64,000 nucleotides of DNA from Candidatus Bathyarchaeota archaeon (GCA_963702095.1 OY969706.1:64001-128000); one strand, 5' to 3'; shown: positions 38,907 to 49,012, counted from the first letter of the stretch. Made by a program: numbers and translations. Notes: a model not told the origin generated them from the sequence alone.

Positions 38907-41251
38907 CCTTGGCTGAGGTTCCCATTTACCTTAAAGATTGCAACTTCTTTGTTAATAAAGACGAGGCTAAACAGGGGGTCTTCAAGGAATTTTGGTTCCA
39001 CAGCTTGGTCTCTGCAAACGACGTAGGAAACCTCTCGGTTTTGCAGTTCCAAGCGGTAATTGAAAACAGTTAGTTCAAGAGCTTTTCCTTTGGACGGTTC
39101 AACCATGCGGAGTGGAGACGCCAAGTTGTTGGCTATCTCCGACTGGAAGTAGGCGTTTCTGGTGTCTTTCGTGGCGTAGTATGCTAAGTTATCGGTCACT
39201 GAGTATGCGCCTGCCAGCATCTTGAATGAACCTGAAGAGTTGTCCGCAAAATTGTATTTGGCTTCAACTGTTTTTCCAACGGTAGTACGGTAGGGCACTT
39301 GGTCAAAGATTAATTGCCCCAGTGCTTTCACGCCTTCGTCAATCAAGCAAACCGTGTGGGGATCACTGTAGGGGATTTGTTCTCCGTTGCCGTCAACTTT
39401 GATGTTTACCCATTCAAGGTTAACATTGGGAGACAACGCAGTTATGGTGGATGTTATGTTTGCAAAGCGTGCCTGTGTATACACTGTGGTTGTGAGTGTA
39501 TAGTTGAGGTCATCGTTGCCTCTGGTAACCACTATTGTGGCATGTTGTGTATCGTTTATTATTTGCATGCTTTTTACCGCAAGCTCCGATAAAACAACGT
39601 TGCAATCGTCGCCGTTAACGCTGTAGTACACTTCGGTTTGGTTGCTAAGGGTGAAGAAAGAGTACTTGGCGTAGGTCCAGTTTTGACCCACTAAAATCTC
39701 TGGGTTATGCCTTGAAAGGTACCCGTCCTCTTGAACCTCAATCCATCCATTATCAACTATGTAATCGGTTCCTAGGAGGTTTCTGGCGAAGGTAGCATTA
39801 TCAACTTCCCGTTTCACCGTCAAATATTCAGGTGATACGGCACTCAAAGTGGGTCTCTGCGCAAACCCTCCAAGCCACCAGCCGTAGAGTGCATCTGAAA
39901 CCAACACCGAACCCTGCGGAGTGCTGGTTTTGACCCATTGGAGGGCGTTCCAGCATTCGTTATCCATCGTTTGGTAATAACTCTGCATGGTTTCGCCAAA
40001 GTTGGTTGCTGGAGCAGTGAAAATGGGCAGGGCAACAAAACAGAATAGCAAAAGAAACAGCACAGAGATTGAATAGATTCTCTTCCGTGTTAAACCCGCT
40101 GATAGTCTCTTGGAGGCTCGGTCAAGTTTTCCTTGAAGTCTTTCCAATCGCTTGGGAACTTTAGGTGGCTTAATCTTCAGTTTACCTTGAGCCCTAAGCA
40201 TATCTAGGGATTCAGAGATAAAGCCCGACCCATAATCAATCAAGATGGCTATAAATACCAGAACTGGCAGAACAAGAAAATACAGGAAACGATTGTAGTC
40301 AACGGGCAAACCAACCAAGTATCCCTGTGTAAGGATCAGCGGCAGAAATATCCACATTGCAAACAAAAGCGTTGGCAGGGCGAGGAATTTCTTGTAGAAT
40401 TTTTTGGAGAAGATAAAGAATGCTGCGGTTATAAGGAAAAGCGGCAGGACAACTTCAAGGGATAGAATTCGGGTGGCGATTGTTGCAGCAGCAATCTCAT
40501 CAGAGCCATACTGCGCCAAATAGATCGGAATCGCCTGCACTAAAAATGGAGAGACCAAAATGGCGCCCAAAACAATGGGCAAAAGCCAGTAGAGCGCGGT
40601 TTTTCTTGGAACACCCAGCTTCTTGGGAAAGGCTAAAACAGCGAGGATCATGACGGCTGCTATTAAACTGAACATTACTGCGCTTAGGGAATGCGTCAGA
40701 AGCATTGAAGCTGCCAAGATTGAAGTGGAAACAAGGAACGGCGCTTTTGTGAAGCGGTCTTTTTCTAGGTATAAGTAGAAAGTTAACGGTATAAGCATCA
40801 ACGTTATTACGTTGGGGTATCCTGCCCACATCAACATTTCAACGTCGAAGCGTGAAATCGCAACCAAAAAAGCCACTGCGAAAGCTGCTCCGGTAGACCA
40901 AACTCGCCTAGTTATTAGAAAAGCCGCTAAAACCAGTAGCGCCGAAAAGAGGGATACGACTAGGGCGTGGGCAAAGGGCTCCATCGACGCCGTCATCCCC
41001 GTTATCAGCATGACGCCTGCAGTGAAGATGTGATAGCCTGGAAACGTCAGCGATATGCCGCCGCCGATATGGTAGTAGTTGTAGAAGAAATCGGTGGGGC
41101 CTGACCCTACAATGGAGTAGATGACGCTGTTGTGTAAGCCTATGTCGGCGCCGGGTGGGTAACCCGCCCAAAACATCAGCAGCATGCGGTATAGGAAAGC
41201 GAACGCAAAGATTAGCAGCAGCAAGAGGACTGATTTGTTTGCTTTGGGCAT
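38903..41251 (-). CDS. GT-C-type multi-pass membrane glycosyltransferase-like protein (paralog)
   Basis: GADIGLH, FPGYH, WAGYPN, LTHSLS; same architecture. Confidence 0.7.
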   Translation of the reverse strand: MPKANKSVLLLLLIFAFAFLYRMLLMFWAGYPPGADIGLHNSVIYSIVGSGPTDFFYNYYHIGGGISLTFPGYHIFTAGVMLITGMTASMEPFAHALVVSLFSALLVLAAFLITRRVWSTGAAFAVAFLVAISRFDVEMLMWAGYPNVITLMLIPLTFYLYLEKDRFTKAPFLVSTSILAASMLLTHSLSAVMFSLIAAVMILAVLAFPKKLGVPRKTALYWLLPIVLGAILVSPFLVQAIPIYLAQYGSDEIAAATIATRILSLEVVLPLFLITAAFFIFSKKFYKKFLALPTLLFAMWIFLPLILTQGYLVGLPVDYNRFLYFLVLPVLVFIAILIDYGSGFISESLDMLRAQGKLKIKPPKVPKRLERLQGKLDRASKRLSAGLTRKRIYSISVLFLLLFCFVALPIFTAPATNFGETMQSYYQTMDNECWNALQWVKTSTPQGSVLVSDALYGWWLGGFAQRPTLSAVSPEYLTVKREVDNATFARNLLGTDYIVDNGWIEVQEDGYLSRHNPEILVGQNWTYAKYSFFTLSNQTEVYYSVNGDDCNVVLSELAVKSMQIINDTQHATIVVTRGNDDLNYTLTTTVYTQARFANITSTITALSPNVNLEWVNIKVDGNGEQIPYSDPHTVCLIDEGVKALGQLIFDQVPYRTTVGKTVEAKYNFADNSSGSFKMLAGAYSVTDNLAYYATKDTRNAYFQSEIANNLASPLRMVEPSKGKALELTVFNYRLELQNREVSYVVCRDQAVEPKFLEDPLFSLVFINKEVAIFKVNGNLSQG

Positions 41252-41356
41252 TTAGTTACCTGCTTAATATGATTACATTGAAACGTTGGTAAAAGGTTAA
41301 ATATTGATTTCGAGTATAAAAAGCCCAGAGTATACAAACAGGAAAAAGGTGTTTAA

Positions 41357-41782
41357 ATGTCGTGGCTTAAATCTATGATGGAAAAAGAACCACCAGAACC
41401 AGAGAATCCCTTAGGCATTGTCGTTATCGGCAACATCGAACCGGACATGCATGACACAGCAAAAGAAGCAGTCCGCCGAACACTAAAACGCGCAGGCTTC
41501 AAAACCATTGACGTCGGAAAAAGCGTTGCACCCCAAGTTTTCATCGACAAAATAAAGGAAAACAACGCAAACCTCCTTGCACTCTCAGTCAACACAGTTC
41601 CAGCAAAGAACAACCTGGCAAAACTAGACGAACTCCTAAAAGCAGCGGGTCTCAAAGACAAAATCGGCATCATCATGGGCGGCGCAGCCGTCAAAAAAGA
41701 GGATGCGGATGCATTCGGCGCACTCTTTGGCAAGAACAAAGAAGAAGCTCCAGAACTTGCAAAGAAAGCCCTGAAGAAATAA
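41357..41782 (+). CDS. Stand-alone cobalamin-binding (corrinoid) protein
   Basis: DMHDTAK (DxHxxG variant), DVGKSV, ALSV, IIMGGAAV. Confidence 0.88.
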   Translation: MSWLKSMMEKEPPEPENPLGIVVIGNIEPDMHDTAKEAVRRTLKRAGFKTIDVGKSVAPQVFIDKIKENNANLLALSVNTVPAKNNLAKLDELLKAAGLKDKIGIIMGGAAVKKEDADAFGALFGKNKEEAPELAKKALKK

Positions 41783-41803
41783 GTCCATCCGAAGTGGATT
41801 CAA

Positions 41804-42715
41804 ATGTCCTTCAAATTCAATACAGAACAAAAAATATACGATATTGGGAATGCCAAGATTGGCGGTCAACCAGGCGAAAACCCGACTTTCCTGATCGGCT
41901 CTATCTTCTGGCTAGGACAAAAAATGGTCCAAGACGCCAACAAAGGTCTCTTTGACGCTAAAGCTGCTGAACAAATCATCAACACAATGCAAACCCAAAG
42001 CGACATCACGGGCGTAAAGTTCGCATTAGACATTGTCGGCACAACGGAACTCGCATTCGAGAAGTATATTGACTTCGTTCCCCAACACACTGACGCGCCA
42101 CTTATGCTTGACGCAATGAGTCCAAAGACCCGTATGGCAGCTGCAAACTTGGCAAAGAAAATGGGTTTACAAGACCGCTGTCTCTACAACTCAGTCTACA
42201 AAGGCGTGCAAGATGCAGAACTCGCAAACCTCAAAGAAAGTGGCATAAAAATGTCCATTGTTCTCGCTGACGACCCCAGAGACACAACCCTTGAAGGCAA
42301 AATGAACGTCATCGTTGAAGCTTTAGCACTCGCAGAAAAAGGCGGAATCACCAAACCGCTCATCGACACAGCCATACCCGCATTCGAACCAGACATGGGA
42401 ACTGCAGTTAGAACCATTCCAATAATGAAAGAGAAGTATGGTCACCCTGTAGGTTTAGGCAGCGGAAACGTTGTCACAACCATGGGTTGGGTTAAAGCGA
42501 ATGTTGCTAAAGAATTCCGCAAGGGATGCGTAACCGCTACCAACACTATCATGCAAATGGCAGGCGCCAACTGGCTTATGATTGGACCGGCTGAACAAGC
42601 TGAATGGGTCTTCCCAGCAGTCGCGGTGACAGACACATACATTGCATCTGCCGCAGCTGACCTAGGCACAAGACCTCTCGAAGAAACACACCCAATCTAC
42701 AAAGCTTTTATGTAA
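41804..42715 (+). CDS. MtrH-family (pterin-dependent) methyltransferase
   Basis: IGGQPGENPTFLIGSIF, LYNS, PLIDTA, PVGLG, GANWLMIGP. Confidence 0.9.
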   Translation: MSFKFNTEQKIYDIGNAKIGGQPGENPTFLIGSIFWLGQKMVQDANKGLFDAKAAEQIINTMQTQSDITGVKFALDIVGTTELAFEKYIDFVPQHTDAPLMLDAMSPKTRMAAANLAKKMGLQDRCLYNSVYKGVQDAELANLKESGIKMSIVLADDPRDTTLEGKMNVIVEALALAEKGGITKPLIDTAIPAFEPDMGTAVRTIPIMKEKYGHPVGLGSGNVVTTMGWVKANVAKEFRKGCVTATNTIMQMAGANWLMIGPAEQAEWVFPAVAVTDTYIASAAADLGTRPLEETHPIYKAFM

Positions 42716-42766
42716 AGCTTTTTCCTTTCTTTTCTTTGTTCAAAAAAAAATAAATGAAGTGCTCCC

Positions 42767-43159
42767 TTGAAACCCCTAAGATGGCTTGAAATCGTCGTTA
42801 CGTTCACAGTTTTAACGTTACTTGTTAGTTACCTTGTTCCAAGTGACTCCCCTATTGTTGTATTACGCTATGTCTTAGGGTTTGTTTTCATCGTTTTCCT
42901 CCCCGGCTACTGCTTAATCAACATCCTGTTTCTGGGCAAAAACCGCTTAGACGTCATCGAAGAAATCACCCTCTCAGTTGCGTTAAGCTTTAGCTTAACA
43001 GGGCTCATCGGGCTCTTCTTGGGGTTGTCGCCCATCGGCATAAACTTTGTATCCATAACTGTTTCGCTAGGTGTGGTAGTGCTGGTTTTAGCCGTGGTGG
43101 CTTTTGTCCGCCTGAGCAAAGAGAAGCCCATAGTTCCGACGCAGACCATGCCAATCTGA
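42767..43159 (+). CDS. DUF1616-like membrane protein
   Basis: LRYVLG..FLPGY, LSVALS. Confidence 0.7.
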   Translation: MKPLRWLEIVVTFTVLTLLVSYLVPSDSPIVVLRYVLGFVFIVFLPGYCLINILFLGKNRLDVIEEITLSVALSFSLTGLIGLFLGLSPIGINFVSITVSLGVVVLVLAVVAFVRLSKEKPIVPTQTMPI

Positions 43160-43251
43160 CACTGAGTTTGAACATAGTAATGCGTGCTTTTTTAAACCAA
43201 TACGTAATATTCCCTTAGCGTTTCTACGGAGGGTTCGACAATGATCAGTGG

Positions 43252-43732
43252 CTACTTTGGGATCTTGGCTAACTCCTGCTGTATCTGCTCATAGTTAGGC
43301 TCTATTGTAGGATTCTCAGATATCCACATGTACTGTATGATGCCTTTTTGGTTGATTATAAAAATGGAACGTTTCGCCACAACATAACCGTTTAAACCAG
43401 CGTAATCGGGCATTTCCAAACCGTATTTCTTGATGATTTCCCGTTTGTAATCGCTCAGTATCGGGTAGGGCAACCTGTTTTTTTCTGAGAATTCCTTGTT
43501 CGAGAAGGGGTCGTTGACGCTTACGCCGATAACTTGAGCGCCTAAATCAGTAAAGCGGTCCGTCGAATCACGGAAGGTACACACCTCTTTAGTGCAGGTT
43601 GCGGTGAATGCGCTAACATAAAAGACTAAGACAACTTTTTCGGCCCAGAAATTCATGGAGGCTCCGAGGTTTCGTATTGGTGTCGGGCAACGTGAAATCT
43701 GGTGCTTTATCTCCAACTTTAACGTTTACCAT
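43252..43732 (-). CDS. Peroxiredoxin (BCP/AhpC-TSA); apparent frameshift near 43641
   Basis: MVNVKVGDKAPDFTLPD in the upstream frame; AFTATCTKEVC, RSIFII. Confidence 0.88.
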
Positions 43733-43785
43733 AAGATAGTAGCTCCTACTAAAGGAAATTGAGCGCTTCTATAAATGGCTAATGC

Positions 43786-44445
43786 TTACTCAAAAGTGAA
43801 GGCGCTTGGGCATATTTCGTTGAGTACACAAATTTCGCATCGAGGCTTCTTTGCTATGCACACCTGTCGTCCATGAAAAATAAGCAAGTCAGTTAGCGGC
43901 ATCCACTCCTCTTTAGGCGTTACCGCCATGAGGTCCTGCTCGATTCTGTTTTGATCTTTATGCTCCGTTAATCCCAGTCGCTGCGAAAGCCTCATCACAT
44001 GCGTATCCACAGCTATGCCAGCGGTGACACCGAAGGCGTTGTAGAGCACTATGTTTGCGGTTTTCCGTGCCACCCCCGGCAACTCAGTGAGTTCCGCCAT
44101 TGTCTTGGGAACTTGCCCACCGAACTTCTCTACCAACATCCTGCAGCATCCTTGGAGGTTTTTGGCTTTGTTGTGGTAGAAACCGGTTGAGTGGATGTCT
44201 TGTTCTAACTCTTTTATGTCAACGTTTGCGTAGTCTTGGGCTGTTTGGTATTTCTTGAATAGGGTTTTGGTGACGAAGTTGACTTGGACGTCCGTGGTTT
44301 GGGCGGAGAGCATGGTGGCGACTAAGAGTTCGAGGGGGTTGGTGTAGGTCAGTGCAGTTTTGGCGTTTGGGTATTGTTTTTGGAGGAGCTGGATTATTTT
44401 TTGGGTGCGTGTTTTGGGTTCGAGGTAGATTTTCGGGGTTTTCAT
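43786..44445 (-). CDS. nth: Endonuclease III
   Basis: LSAQTTD, LPGVARKTAN, VDTHV, CIAKKPRCEICVLNEIC. Confidence 0.97.
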   Translation of the reverse strand: MKTPKIYLEPKTRTQKIIQLLQKQYPNAKTALTYTNPLELLVATMLSAQTTDVQVNFVTKTLFKKYQTAQDYANVDIKELEQDIHSTGFYHNKAKNLQGCCRMLVEKFGGQVPKTMAELTELPGVARKTANIVLYNAFGVTAGIAVDTHVMRLSQRLGLTEHKDQNRIEQDLMAVTPKEEWMPLTDLLIFHGRQVCIAKKPRCEICVLNEICPSAFTFE

Positions 44446-44655
44446 GCGTGTTCCTCTCTTAGAAGCGTTGTTGTATTGTTTAGGGTGGGTGGGTTTAAAG
44501 AGTTTTTGTGGAAAAAACCAGAGATTGCTAAACGTCTGTATAGAAAACCTGTTTATTTTTTGAAATATGCAAATAAAACCCTCTAAATTATAGAGTAATG
44601 TTTATATATTTTCCATTAAACTGGATGACTGTTAAAAAACTACCGAGTGAAGCCC

Positions 44656-45213
44656 ATGACAAACCCCACAAGAGTAACCGTCGCCTTCGACAAACCCACA
44701 GCCGACCTCCTAGAAAAAATAAGCAAAGAAGCCGACGTTTCACAGAGCGAAATCATGCGCCGCGCCCTAAAATTCTACAGCGAAAACAAAAGCCTCGAAG
44801 ACCCAACAACCAAAAAAAGAATCCACGCCTACCTAGACATGCTCTTCACCGGCGAACACGTAATAATAGACGTAGACCACTGGCTGATGTTTCTGCACTT
44901 AATCGACACCTCGCCACAGAAAGACCAGTTCTGGAAAGAACACCGTGAACTCGCCAGGGCACACTGGGAACAACTCAAGAACAAAATCCACAGCACCGAA
45001 GACATGCTTATGCGCTTGGAAGCCTGCAACTTTTACCGCCTCATAAAGAACGCGCCCAACGATTTCACGCTTGTGCTGGTTTCGGAGGGTTCTAAGGACT
45101 TTATTCGTGTGTTCTTGGAGGAGTATTTTGCGGCTATGGGTGTTAAGGTTGAGATTAAGGAGAACCTTACTAAGCTGAGGGTTATCCTCAAACCCAACGG
45201 TTCCAAAGCATAA
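44656..45213 (+). CDS. CopG/RHH-domain regulator with C-terminal ligand-binding-like domain
   Basis: RVTVAFDKPTADLLEKISKEADVSQSEIMRRAL. Confidence 0.8.
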   Translation: MTNPTRVTVAFDKPTADLLEKISKEADVSQSEIMRRALKFYSENKSLEDPTTKKRIHAYLDMLFTGEHVIIDVDHWLMFLHLIDTSPQKDQFWKEHRELARAHWEQLKNKIHSTEDMLMRLEACNFYRLIKNAPNDFTLVLVSEGSKDFIRVFLEEYFAAMGVKVEIKENLTKLRVILKPNGSKA

Positions 45214-45336
45214 CTGTCCAATCAAGAGCTAATTATCATTCTATTTATCTATTTTTTCCTAAAAATTATGAACAAATCGTAACTACATTTATATCTTATT
45301 GAACAATGTTTTGAGGGTGAGAAAGAGGAATAAAAA

Positions 45337-45450
45337 ATGATAAATGCAATAATTCTCGGGTTAAGCCTCATCGCCGCGGTTGTAGGTTCCTTCGCAAGCG
45401 AGATTTACTTAGCGAAGAAAGTCGGCTCGGAAGGCTCCGCCTCAAATTAA
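45337..45450 (+). CDS. 37-aa single-TM small protein
   Basis: MINAIILGLSLIAAVVGSFASEIYLAKK...; upstream TTTATA box and GAGG. Confidence 0.45.
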   Translation: MINAIILGLSLIAAVVGSFASEIYLAKKVGSEGSASN

Positions 45451-45752
45451 ACGGCGTTTGTAAACAAACATCGAATGCATCAGAGTCTGCTAAAGCTTAA
45501 TTCTGGATCGTATTCTGTTTTGGAATCCTAAATTAGACGCGCTCGCGAGAGCGGCTTTCATTGCTGGTTTTATTCGAAAATTCATAACATTTATGAAAAA
45601 ATCTCAACTAACCTTATATTTAATTGAATATATTATATGTAATCATGGAATAAGTGAACAACCATGAGCGTGGAAAACAAAAAAACCCTAAAAACGCCAG
45701 CGAAACTGGCAAGATGCCCAACCGCAGCCTAAAACTACAGGAGAAAAGAACC

Positions 45753-45917
45753 ATGGACCCAACAACCCTAGTCCTAGAACTCTTCGGCGTCGGATCCCTC
45801 GCATTCGCCTTCGCCAAATACACCATTGAGAAAAGGAAAATGGCAAGCTCAGAGGACAACATGAAAAATAACTACCTAACCCATAGCTTAGGCTGCAATA
45901 ATTCCCCAATTTCTTAA
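45753..45917 (+). CDS. 54-aa small membrane-associated protein
   Basis: AGGAG SD; MDPTTLVLELFGVGSLAFAFAKY. Confidence 0.4.
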   Translation: MDPTTLVLELFGVGSLAFAFAKYTIEKRKMASSEDNMKNNYLTHSLGCNNSPIS

Positions 45918-45999
45918 CGTTTCCAATGTAGTTTTGTTTTTGGTTTGCAGAAGCTTTTTTGCCCTGACCCATCACCTACAAGTCTAAGGTGAAAAAAGA

Positions 46000-46161
46000 G
46001 TGGGTGTCAAATTAACCGTTGATGGAAAAACCGTTCCCCTAAACGATTTTGTGGAAAGCATCTTGGGCGGCACCATAACTGGGGCAGTTACAACCCTGCA
46101 TGGCGTCGAAGCTGATTGGCAAAAAATCGAAATTACAATCGAGCGGCAGCCTAACCTTTAA
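46000..46161 (+). CDS. 53-aa protein resembling the MobB C-terminal domain
   Basis: AGGTGA SD; VKLTVDGKTVPLNDFVESILGGTITGAVTTLHGV. Confidence 0.6.
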   Translation: MGVKLTVDGKTVPLNDFVESILGGTITGAVTTLHGVEADWQKIEITIERQPNL

Positions 46162-46714
46162 ACTCCACTTTTGCATCTAACTCTGCAAACATTTCCCGAT
46201 TGGCCTTGCAGATGGGGCAGATGTACGGTGGGTCTTCCCGGTACACTACGTAACCGCATTGTTTGCAGTACCAGAGTTTTTTTTTGATTTCAGGCGGCTT
46301 TTGTGTTTGCGGTTGCGTGGGCGGCGTGGCTTTTTTTTGTGTTACCTCCACATGTTGTTTGGCGATTGGTACACCGTATGCTCTTTGCTGTTTTTCCGGG
46401 GGTCGGCGTTCTGGCACTTCGGGGAGGTTTTGGCTTTCGTAAACCACTTTGTTGACGTAGAGGCGGCAGTAGCAGGCGCCGTATTGGGCTACGTCGGGGT
46501 CTCGGTAGTCGCAGGGGCAGATGATGTCGCGGTCTAAGTCTAGGTTGCCTGTGCCTAGGCGGCAGGGGCAGACTGGGTAGCCGTAGCGTTCCTCGTTTGT
46601 TTTTAAGCCCTCCAAAAACATCTGGAGCAGCTCCGGTTGGGGCGTGAGGTAGTAGCCGTAGGTTTTAGCGTCGGTTTCGGCGCGTTTACGTACAGCTTCT
46701 ATGGTTGGGGTCAA
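46151..46714 (-). CDS. Ferredoxin:thioredoxin/disulfide reductase catalytic subunit fused to rubredoxin
   Basis: CPCR, CPCDY, CYCRLY; C-terminal CKQCGY...CPIC. Confidence 0.92.
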   Translation of the reverse strand: MTPTIEAVRKRAETDAKTYGYYLTPQPELLQMFLEGLKTNEERYGYPVCPCRLGTGNLDLDRDIICPCDYRDPDVAQYGACYCRLYVNKVVYESQNLPEVPERRPPEKQQRAYGVPIAKQHVEVTQKKATPPTQPQTQKPPEIKKKLWYCKQCGYVVYREDPPYICPICKANREMFAELDAKVEFKG

Positions 46715-46995
46715 ACGCCAAGAGCCTCTTTAAGCTGGTCTTTGCGGAACCCGTTGATTAGGGTTTTGTCGTCTATGATTGTGGTGGGGTAGCTGAGGCT
46801 TCCGCCTTTATCCAAGATGGCTTTGTGCACTTGACTCTTGTCATTGTCCTCCAAGAGGTCAACATCGACAAATTCGTAGGCGACGCCGTTGTCGCTTAGA
46901 AACTGCTTAGTTAACTTGCACCACACACAGGTGCTTAGAGCATAGAGGATGACTTTGTGGTCGCTTTTTTTCCCAGAAACCTTTGAGAATTGCAA
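46711..46995 (-). CDS. Glutaredoxin-like protein
   Basis: CVWC, SYPT. Confidence 0.88.
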   Translation of the reverse strand: MQFSKVSGKKSDHKVILYALSTCVWCKLTKQFLSDNGVAYEFVDVDLLEDNDKSQVHKAILDKGGSLSYPTTIIDDKTLINGFRKDQLKEALGV

Positions 46996-47124
46996 CTGAA
47001 AAATTCACCAATAGATTTTGGTTTTGCGCGCATATAACTGTTTAGATGAGAATCGCTTGCACGCTACTTTTCTTTGGGTTAGCAGTTGCGGTCTCTTCTG
47101 TTTTCCATGAAAATGTTAGACCCT

Positions 47125-47865
47125 CTAATACTTTGTCAGCAAGTACTCCGAGAGGTTCTTAGAAATCTCCGGCAGACTTTTGGCTATTCGATCCGGCGCC
47201 TGTTTGCTCTGTGCCAAATCGTCTAAACTGTTAAACTGCGAAGAAACAAAGACCGTGCCTAACCCAGCATCTTTGGCGCCCTTAATATCCTCAATTGGGC
47301 TGTCCCCGACGAAAACCGATTCCTGCGCCGCCACCCCCATCCGCTTCAGAATTTCTTGGAAAATGTCACCGCAGGGTTTTCTGCAGCCAACTTCATCCGA
47401 AACAACGATGGCGTTAAAGTATTGGTGTATGCCGACTTTTCTTAGGCTTCTGTGGATGACGGGGGCATGGGTGAAGTTGCTGATTAAACCCACCTTGTAC
47501 TCTACGGCGGTTTGCTGGAGCAGTTTTTTGGCGCCTTCCCGCAGTTCCATGGTGTCGATGAAGTCTTGGAAAAACACGTTAAGCGCTGCCTTAACATGGG
47601 CGTCTTGGGGTGTGACTTTGAAGCCTAAGCTACAGAGGGCTTCTGCGACCCAAATGGCGTTGGTTACTTCTTTGAATTCTTCGTAGCGGATTTTGCGGTA
47701 TTTTCGGTGGGCAACATTGTAGGCAGCCAGAAACTGTTCCTTGTCTAAGTCGAAGCCTTCTGCAACAAGCGCCCGATGCAGGTTGTCCTCGGAGTCTGCC
47801 ATGCTGTAGCCTACGCAGTTGACTAGTGTGCCTATGTAGTCGAAGATTACAGCTTTGATGGGCAT
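47125..47865 (-). CDS. HAD-family hydrolase
   Basis: DYIGT, SN, KP, GDS..EDI.GA. Confidence 0.9.
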   Translation of the reverse strand: MPIKAVIFDYIGTLVNCVGYSMADSEDNLHRALVAEGFDLDKEQFLAAYNVAHRKYRKIRYEEFKEVTNAIWVAEALCSLGFKVTPQDAHVKAALNVFFQDFIDTMELREGAKKLLQQTAVEYKVGLISNFTHAPVIHRSLRKVGIHQYFNAIVVSDEVGCRKPCGDIFQEILKRMGVAAQESVFVGDSPIEDIKGAKDAGLGTVFVSSQFNSLDDLAQSKQAPDRIAKSLPEISKNLSEYLLTKY

Positions 47866-48611
47866 TGGCTACTCCCTTTTTGGTTGACTGCAGCTTTTTT
47901 GATTCTATCCATGGCTTCGCCGAGGGCTGTGCCTAAGAGGTGGTTGGGATAGCCAATTGAGGATTCAACGTTGGGGTCATAGATGATTTCACCCAGATAG
48001 TTTAGCCCCAACCGCTGTGTTTCACGCTGGATTGCCGTTGACTTGTCCATCTTTAGGTTTTCTACGACGCCGACTATGGGCATTTTCAGTTCCACAAGGA
48101 GAGCGACTTGTTTTTTGACTACTTCAAAAGCCAGAAGCGACGGCGTAGTCACAATCAAAAACTCTATGCGCTTAACTAGCCGCACCATGTCAAGCACGGC
48201 GTCGCTGATGCCCGGCGGCATATCGATGATTAAAAAATCAAGTTCGCCCCACCGAGTTATAGCCAGCAACTCTATTAGGGCGTTGGATATGTCGCCTCCC
48301 CGCAGCGGCGCAGGGTTATCTCCGACAAAGTAAACCATGGACATGTATTCTAAACCGTTGACTGTTGGGGGGATGATGCCTTTGTCTTCTTTGGGCTGCA
48401 CAGTTTTGGGGACGTCTAGAATTATGTGGGTTGAGGGACCGGTGAAGTCTACGTCGAAGAGGCCGACGCGGCAGCCTTCTTTGGCAAGGGAGAGCGCTAA
48501 TGCGGTGGCAATCATGCTTTTGCCGACGCCGCCTTTGCCGCTTGAAACGGCGATAATTCGCTTTATCCCAGCTAAACGGTCAGTTATTACGCTTGTCCGC
48601 GTGTCAATCAC
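47847..48611 (-). CDS. Mrp/NBP35 ATP-binding protein
   Basis: SGKGGVGKS, DVDFTGPS, IDMPPG, VVEN. Confidence 0.9.
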   Translation of the reverse strand: MIDTRTSVITDRLAGIKRIIAVSSGKGGVGKSMIATALALSLAKEGCRVGLFDVDFTGPSTHIILDVPKTVQPKEDKGIIPPTVNGLEYMSMVYFVGDNPAPLRGGDISNALIELLAITRWGELDFLIIDMPPGISDAVLDMVRLVKRIEFLIVTTPSLLAFEVVKKQVALLVELKMPIVGVVENLKMDKSTAIQRETQRLGLNYLGEIIYDPNVESSIGYPNHLLGTALGEAMDRIKKAAVNQKGSSQCPSKL

Positions 48612-49012
48612 TCGGCTTTGACTCCTTGTATGTCTTCAAGCCAGACTCCGCGTCCACTGGCGATTTCAAAGTCGGGGCTGCCGCATTTTGGGCACTTGAT
48701 GTATGAGTGCGCGACTTCGGGGACAAAGTGGATGGCTTCGGCAGTGGCTTTGTCGAGGCTCTTTGTGTTGTACTGCCAAGAAGTGCCGCAGACACGACAT
48801 TTCAATGTAGACTTTGCCTTCAAAATTCGGAATTTGGCGCCCTCAAAGATACCGGTGCCCAACTGTTTTAGTGCAAACCGCAGAATCGGCGGCTCAACCT
48901 GCTGTAGCTCGCCAATGCGTATAGTGACCTCTGTGACCTGTACTAGGTGCTCCTGCACTGCGATCTGCTGTGCAGTGGCGAGTATTCCTTCAGCTAGTGC
49001 CCATTCATGCAT
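48608..49012 (-). CDS. hypA: Hydrogenase nickel metallochaperone HypA
   Basis: MHEWALA, CRVC...CPKC, GRGV. Confidence 0.93.
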   Translation of the reverse strand: MHEWALAEGILATAQQIAVQEHLVQVTEVTIRIGELQQVEPPILRFALKQLGTGIFEGAKFRILKAKSTLKCRVCGTSWQYNTKSLDKATAEAIHFVPEVAHSYIKCPKCGSPDFEIASGRGVWLEDIQGVKAE

